In this document: piece after piece, positions 58,862 to 64,000 of the stretch
Position numbering within the stretch: position 1 is the stretch's first letter
Layout: the number at the start of each line of letters is the position of its first letter
Origin: an uncultured virus (IMG/VR IMGVR_UViG_3300045731_000049)
Lineage: Duplodnaviria > Heunggongvirae > Uroviricota > Caudoviricetes
Direction: 5' to 3' (one strand)
Virus record (IMG/VR): IMGVR_UViG_3300045731_000049
Length of the DNA: 64,000 nucleotides
Notes under the pieces: model-generated
Told to the model about the DNA's origin: nothing
The model's database searches: none
Seen by the model: the letters and a program-made list of their open reading frames with translations, nothing else
Made by a program: the position numbers and the translations under genes

Positions 58862-60991
58862 ATGCAGGATTTAAGGAAAATTGCCATGATTTATGAAATT
58901 GAAAATATTCGTGATATCAACACCGATGTCTATTCAACGGATAAGGTGCCATTGGACGAAACATTACAGAGAATATCCAATGGGCAGATTCAGTTGCCAA
59001 ACTTTCAAAGATCATGGAAATGGAACAATGAACCTATCGTCAAATTGATTGAATCAGTAACCGAGTGTGCTCCCATTGGCACAATTATGTTCATTGAAAC
59101 GGGTGGCGAGTCTCGTTTTGACTGCATACCGATTAATTCTGTCGACTTGATTAAGGTAAAAGACGTTCGTCCTGATATGCTCGCAATGGACGGACAACAA
59201 CGACTAACATCTTTGTATCAGGTACTATATTCCCATAAACCTGTCGTGATTAATCATGAGCGCAAAAAGCCGGAATACCGCTATTATTTTATGGATATGT
59301 GTAAGGCGCTCGATGCTAACGTCGAATTACGGGATGCAATCATTTCATTGAAAGTTGACGAAAACGGAACGCCACTTAAGGGGGAAGTCGACTACACCGA
59401 TCTTAGAATTCAATGCGAGCGGGGTGTATTCCCTCTCAACATGACATTCCGAATGGCAGAATGGGAATCCAAGATTCTTGAGAATATTAAGCTGTTCGAT
59501 ATGAACGGTTTGGAAATTGAGTTATTTAATAAGACAGCGATGCTTTTCAGAGAAAAAACCATCAAAGGCTTCGTGAAGGCTACTTTACCAGTAATTGTGC
59601 TTAGAAAACATATTACTCTGGGTTCGCTTTCTAAGCTCTATGAAAAGATTAACTCAATTGGCGTTCCCTTGAATGCTTTTGATCTACTGATCGCTCGCTA
59701 CGCGGCCCAAGGCTTCAATCTAAGGGAATCCTGGGGCGAGATTCAGGGCGAACTTGAAAAGGGGAACAAAAACCTACGGAAGAAAATCGCAGAGAGCCCA
59801 TTTCTTCTGAGCGTTCTTTTATACACGACGATCCTTGAGGAACGGAGCCTAGCAGCAACAAAGGGCGCAATTCTCGGATTAACCCTTGAGGACTTTAAAA
59901 AACATAAAGATACCGTGGTAAAAGGATACATCGAAGCAATTAGATATCTTCATTTGAAGAAGCTTGCTACCTCGAAGGAACTTCCTGCAAATACTCTCAT
60001 TTCAACTATGGCTCTGGTTCATTCTCTTCTTGGCAAAGAAGCTAGAGATCATCAAGTGATGAAGAAAATCGATCAATGGTTCTGGACCATCAGTCTGACG
60101 GGCTTCCATTTGAATAAGCCAACTGTCATCGCAGCAGACATTATCACTTTGCTTAAGTGGGCGCGGGGGACATCAGACACGCTCCCTTATGCAATGAGAA
60201 CCGCTCAGTTTATCGATGTGAACATTTCACGTTACACGAAAGGCGGAGCAATGACCTCAAGGTGTATTTCCGCCGCCTTAATGGCTTCTGTGGAGGACTT
60301 TATTACAGGATCGTCAGTAAATGATCATATAGTTGCTGATGACGGTTTTGATGTACACCATATTTTCCCCGCCAGCTGGTGTAAGGACAATAACATACAG
60401 CAGGAGCGCCGTGATAGTGTTGTTAACAAGACTCCGCTTTCGAAGTCAACGAATAGATATATTGGTGGCCATGCTCCCTCTACTTATATTGAGTACATTA
60501 AGAACGATACGAAAGTTCCTGACAACTTGATCAAGAAACGTGTAGAAAGTCACGGAATCAACTATGAACACCTAATCGCAGATGATTTTGATGCTTTCTT
60601 TTATGAGCGGGAGGCATTTATTTATGACACCATTGAAAAGCTGACTGGTATTTCTGTTATTCGAAGCGAGGAGGGCGGTCAGCGAATTCAGTTAAATTCC
60701 AGAGGCATTACCGTTAATGCGGTTAGAGGAACACACAACACTGTTGTCGTTTTACCTGGTTCAACGATGACGAGAGATCATAATCCAGGACTTCGGGAAG
60801 GTTACGTTGATTTTCGCGAACGGCTGATACAAGGCAAGGATGTGATGCTGAATCCAGATGGCCTATACGAAGTCCTCAATCCTATTCCAATGGAATCGCC
60901 AAGTTATGCTGGTTCCGTTTTGTCCGGTCGAATGACTAATCTTGAAGATTGGAAAGTTCTGACGGAGGATGAAGACGAAGCTGAAGATTAA
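58862..60991 (+). CDS. GmrSD-family restriction protein (DUF262 + DUF1524/HNH) with C-terminal DUF4357/RAMA-like domain
   Basis: LPNFQRSWKW, DGQQRLTSL, DVHHIFP...N.TPL...N, and VVLPGS...SPSYAGSVLSGR...WK. Confidence 0.85.
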   Translation: MQDLRKIAMIYEIENIRDINTDVYSTDKVPLDETLQRISNGQIQLPNFQRSWKWNNEPIVKLIESVTECAPIGTIMFIETGGESRFDCIPINSVDLIKVKDVRPDMLAMDGQQRLTSLYQVLYSHKPVVINHERKKPEYRYYFMDMCKALDANVELRDAIISLKVDENGTPLKGEVDYTDLRIQCERGVFPLNMTFRMAEWESKILENIKLFDMNGLEIELFNKTAMLFREKTIKGFVKATLPVIVLRKHITLGSLSKLYEKINSIGVPLNAFDLLIARYAAQGFNLRESWGEIQGELEKGNKNLRKKIAESPFLLSVLLYTTILEERSLAATKGAILGLTLEDFKKHKDTVVKGYIEAIRYLHLKKLATSKELPANTLISTMALVHSLLGKEARDHQVMKKIDQWFWTISLTGFHLNKPTVIAADIITLLKWARGTSDTLPYAMRTAQFIDVNISRYTKGGAMTSRCISAALMASVEDFITGSSVNDHIVADDGFDVHHIFPASWCKDNNIQQERRDSVVNKTPLSKSTNRYIGGHAPSTYIEYIKNDTKVPDNLIKKRVESHGINYEHLIADDFDAFFYEREAFIYDTIEKLTGISVIRSEEGGQRIQLNSRGITVNAVRGTHNTVVVLPGSTMTRDHNPGLREGYVDFRERLIQGKDVMLNPDGLYEVLNPIPMESPSYAGSVLSGRMTNLEDWKVLTEDEDEAED

Positions 60992-61190
60992 TAGTCTTAG
61001 AAAAATCGCTTAGGCTTGATATCAATTTAAATAGACGAGAAACTAAATTTACAGCCATGGATTTGGCGGGCCACTACGACAGCTACGGCGCTCGGGTGGC
61101 CCATTTTATTTAAACATCGACACAGTTTTTGTCGCTTGCGCAACCAGCGCCGTATTATGCCCTCCATTAACTCCAGAACGGACATCACAC

Positions 61191-61661
61191 ATGACAGACA
61201 ATCATGGCCGCATTGAACTCGAAAACGGACGTCACATCCAATGGAAATGGATCGCCGGCGGCGGTTACGCGGATGCTCTCTGGACGCGAGATCTTCAGGA
61301 AGACGAAGAGGCTAATTGGAAGTTCCTTGGTGAAATGCTCGATGTTTCGGTATTCGATGGAGAAGACTGGCTTGGGGCAGCCGTCTTCAGTTATCTCTGC
61401 GAAGGCCATGGCGGTCATCTGGCGTGCTTCAACATCTACGTTAATGACGACTATCGTCGTCAAGGCATCGCTACGGCTCTGTACAACGCCGCCAGCGAGC
61501 AGTTTGGTGACATTGTGCTTCCATATCCAGGCAATGAGGGGGGAGCGATCCAGCACTTTTGGGTGAACCGCCTAAAGGAACAGCCCGACCTCTTAGACAG
61601 GTTCCGTAGCGATATCGGAGGACCAGCGCTCGAAATCGCTTTTGGCCCACGTCTCTACTAA
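61191..61661 (+). CDS. GNAT-family acetyltransferase
   Basis: IYVNDDYRRQGIATALY motif A; ends FGPRLY. Confidence 0.8.
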   Translation: MTDNHGRIELENGRHIQWKWIAGGGYADALWTRDLQEDEEANWKFLGEMLDVSVFDGEDWLGAAVFSYLCEGHGGHLACFNIYVNDDYRRQGIATALYNAASEQFGDIVLPYPGNEGGAIQHFWVNRLKEQPDLLDRFRSDIGGPALEIAFGPRLY

Positions 61662-61710
61662 AGTTGCCAATAGCGACAAGACTTGTCGCCATAAGAGACT
61701 TAACTGGCGA

Positions 61711-61956
61711 TTATGGCGCACTCGAACACTTAGTTATGCCTTGAACGATACCGCCAGGCACTCCGGTGGCGTCCGCCCATCCTGTAGGTGTCCAGTCATA
61801 GACAAGACCTTGGCCATTTTCGAAATGAACACCGTCCTCCTGACACAGCGCTTCGATGACAATCGTCTTGTCCGGATTGTTGAACCACTCGCATTTCAAT
61901 CGGATCAGAACATCTTTCGGTGCAGTCTCGATTGGATGCCAGACATCAGTCATCAT
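61711..61956 (-). CDS. small phage-type protein (WHPIETAPKD, DUF551-like)
   Basis: N-terminal WxPIETAPKD and PTGW motifs. Confidence 0.6.
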   Translation of the reverse strand: MMTDVWHPIETAPKDVLIRLKCEWFNNPDKTIVIEALCQEDGVHFENGQGLVYDWTPTGWADATGVPGGIVQGITKCSSAP

Positions 61957-62389
61957 GAAGCATCTTCAGCTTCATCGGATTGCAGAAGCCGCCTTCCTGA
62001 CCGAAGGGCCAGTAGCCGTTACGATGAGGCTCAGCCCTTGGGTCCACATAGGCCGCACGGACGCCCATAAGACGCACGGACATATAATGCAGCAATCGCT
62101 CAGCGATCTGAGGATAGAGGGAGAGGTATCCGACATCCTTGGTCTCAATAGCCTGGAAGATATCATGTGCAACCTTCTCGATCTCATACTGCGAGAACTT
62201 ATCCGCATGATCTCGATAACGCTCACAGATAGTCTCGAAAACAAGCTTGGCAGTTAGATCGCAACATTGGCCACGGGTCGCGCCATTCTTTTCAGATGAC
62301 TTCTTTTCAACGAAGTTGCGCACGCCTTCAGTAATGATGAACATGAGTTCGGCATCGAGATTTTGGTCAGCGAATTTAACTAGGTTCAT
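61946..62389 (-). CDS. hypothetical protein
   Basis: 147 aa, GGAGG RBS; GQCCD...H...YVD pattern. Confidence 0.65.
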   Translation of the reverse strand: MNLVKFADQNLDAELMFIITEGVRNFVEKKSSEKNGATRGQCCDLTAKLVFETICERYRDHADKFSQYEIEKVAHDIFQAIETKDVGYLSLYPQIAERLLHYMSVRLMGVRAAYVDPRAEPHRNGYWPFGQEGGFCNPMKLKMLHDD

Positions 62390-62610
62390 TGCTGAGCCTC
62401 CTTCAGAGGTCTCTTTTAATATGATAAAAATTTTAAATCAAATAAATATGTCCATTAGACATTCATTATTTACGTATTTAATTGAAAAAAATTAGTTAAT
62501 ACATGTTTCCAAATGATGCCATCATGGACGGATTTGGCACCCCCCGATTGTCCCTTGCTCTCATTTATCTGATTATTTATTTTCCAAATGAGAATAATCG
62601 GAGTTTGCAT

Positions 62611-62811
62611 ATGAATTATTTGCTGACGCATATCGAATGGGATACTGATGGCGCGGATCCAGAAGAACTTGGTCTTCCTTCACAATTGACAATCAATGGA
62701 GATGGAGAAGGAATTGATAACAGCAGCGAGATCAGTAACTTGCTTTCTGATAAATATGGTTGGGCAGTAATAAGCTTTGCATGCGATGAAGAGGTGGCAC
62801 CGAAGCTATAA
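62611..62811 (+). CDS. small acidic hypothetical protein
   Basis: IEWDTDG...LP....I...LSDKYGW..F; GGAG RBS; ends DEEVAPKL. Confidence 0.65.
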   Translation: MNYLLTHIEWDTDGADPEELGLPSQLTINGDGEGIDNSSEISNLLSDKYGWAVISFACDEEVAPKL

Positions 62812-62875
62812 GCGGAACGCCTCTTTCCAACTTCAAACGGATCGTATCTAAAATCTTCTTGAAAGCACCACCTGA

Positions 62876-64000
62876 ATGTCAAATCGCAATCCCTTAATTA
62901 TCGATATCATTAAAGATTATTCGGAAAACAATCAGGAATTAGCGAGGTTATTAGCTCTATCGGTAGGCCGTGTTTTAAATAATGCCTACCTTAGATATGA
63001 GGATTGGGAAGCTCAATATCAGGGCTGTGACATAGGCCACATAACGGATTGGCTGAAAGTAGCGCTTAGAAACAATGACCTTTGGCTCTCAAACGTCGAC
63101 CATAAGAACAGACCTCTCAAACTGATGAAATTTTCGACTCTTGAGCAGATAACTCTGGAAGCTGACAAGGCCATGATGAAGGCCAATCAGAAAAACCAAG
63201 GAATTCAGTTATCTCCTGGCGAAGAGGAACTCGTTGTTGAGCTGGCTGACGGTTATTACCTCGTGGAACTCCTGACACCAAGCGCACTCGACAAGGAAGG
63301 TTCATTGATGCAACACTGTGTGGGGCACGGTGCGTACGATGACGATGTTGAGAGTGGTGACGTCAAAATACTGTCACTTCGCGACCCAAGCGGCAAGCCT
63401 CATGCCACAATCGAATTGAACGTTCCGGAGACTGCGGTTTTTCATCACTATGAGATCGCGCAAATACAGGGAAAACAAAACAAGTTGCCTATTGGTAAAT
63501 ATTTATCTGTGCTGAAGCCATATATGGAAAAGGAATACCGTAACTTTCTAAAATACATCTCCGAACGAGGGTTGGTATCGGCAGATGACGGAACGTTTTA
63601 TAAGCCAAACGAATTACCGGAAAATTCGACTATATATAGCCTTATCTTAAATCAGGCTCGTGATATCACGTTACCAGCAGGACTTACTGTAAGAAATACA
63701 TTTAATATATCGAGAAGTTACATTTCAGAATTACCTGATGATATAAAACTTATGGGTAATGCCGTTTTCCAATCTGGGAAACTAACAAGATTTCCCGACG
63801 GATTTACAGTGGGCGGCAATCTACACATTCGCTATCATAAACCAATTTCCATGCCTTCCGGTCTGAAAGTCGGAGGCGATTTATATATTGACCACATCGA
63901 CGTAATTGACATGCCTGATGGCCTCCAGGTCGGTCGCGATTTAACATTATTTCGGTCAGGCCGTTCGGAGGTAGAATCGCTTCCTGAAGACATGATGATT
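62876..64000 (+). CDS. second PcfJ-domain/LRR-like repeat protein (runs off the window; absent from the ORF track)
   Basis: My translation from ATG 62876: MSNRNP...LSVGRVL...HITDWLK...RPLKLMKF...EADKAMMKANQ, then ALDKEGSLMQHCVG...QIQGKQN; collinear with 52920..54716. Confidence 0.85.
   Translation, partial: MSNRNPLIIDIIKDYSENNQELARLLALSVGRVLNNAYLRYEDWEAQYQGCDIGHITDWLKVALRNNDLWLSNVDHKNRPLKLMKFSTLEQITLEADKAMMKANQKNQGIQLSPGEEELVVELADGYYLVELLTPSALDKEGSLMQHCVGHGAYDDDVESGDVKILSLRDPSGKPHATIELNVPETAVFHHYEIAQIQGKQNKLPIGKYLSVLKPYMEKEYRNFLKYISERGLVSADDGTFYKPNELPENSTIYSLILNQARDITLPAGLTVRNTFNISRSYISELPDDIKLMGNAVFQSGKLTRFPDGFTVGGNLHIRYHKPISMPSGLKVGGDLYIDHIDVIDMPDGLQVGRDLTLFRSGRSEVESLPEDMMI

Noticed and set aside
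1..64000. CRISPR arrays, tRNA or rRNA genes, phage structural genes, relaxase/T4SS genes
   Set aside because: None recognisable by eye; a tRNAscan or HMM search could still find divergent ones

Overview
This window is accessory DNA from a large, AT-rich (roughly mid-40s % GC by eye) mobile replicon. It is most likely a megaplasmid or jumbo-phage-like element of an alphaproteobacterium (Rhizobiales-type flagellin with a CtrA box, LigD-type ligase). No replication, conjugation or virion genes are visible, so plasmid versus phage cannot be settled here. The window holds many short orphan ORFs in both orientations plus recognisable conflict and host-takeover genes: HNH nuclease, orphan DarT-like ADP-ribosyltransferase, minimal TilS, AbiEii and AbiEi 27 kb apart, two HD hydrolases, T5orf172/GIY-YIG protein, DNA ligase, 2OG-Fe(II)-like oxygenase, ART-PolyVal-like protein, two PcfJ-repeat proteins, HipBA, GmrSD and GNATs. 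Highlights: (1) an intact TnpB with its omega-RNA motifs sits in a 1359-bp transposase-less element with perfect 25-bp terminal inverted repeats and an 8-bp target-site duplication, which is DDE-type rather than IS200/IS605/IS607 architecture; (2) about a dozen unrelated proteins share a C-terminal (acidic)-P-[KRS]-[hydrophobic/P] tail resembling a type IV secretion signal; (3) a CtrA-box-preceded flagellin lies between two paralogous ~2280-aa secreted Ig-repeat proteins with divergent Cys-containing tips; (4) two ORF-free structured ncRNA candidates are present, one interrupted by the TnpB element. All family calls come from motif recognition by eye, not database searches.
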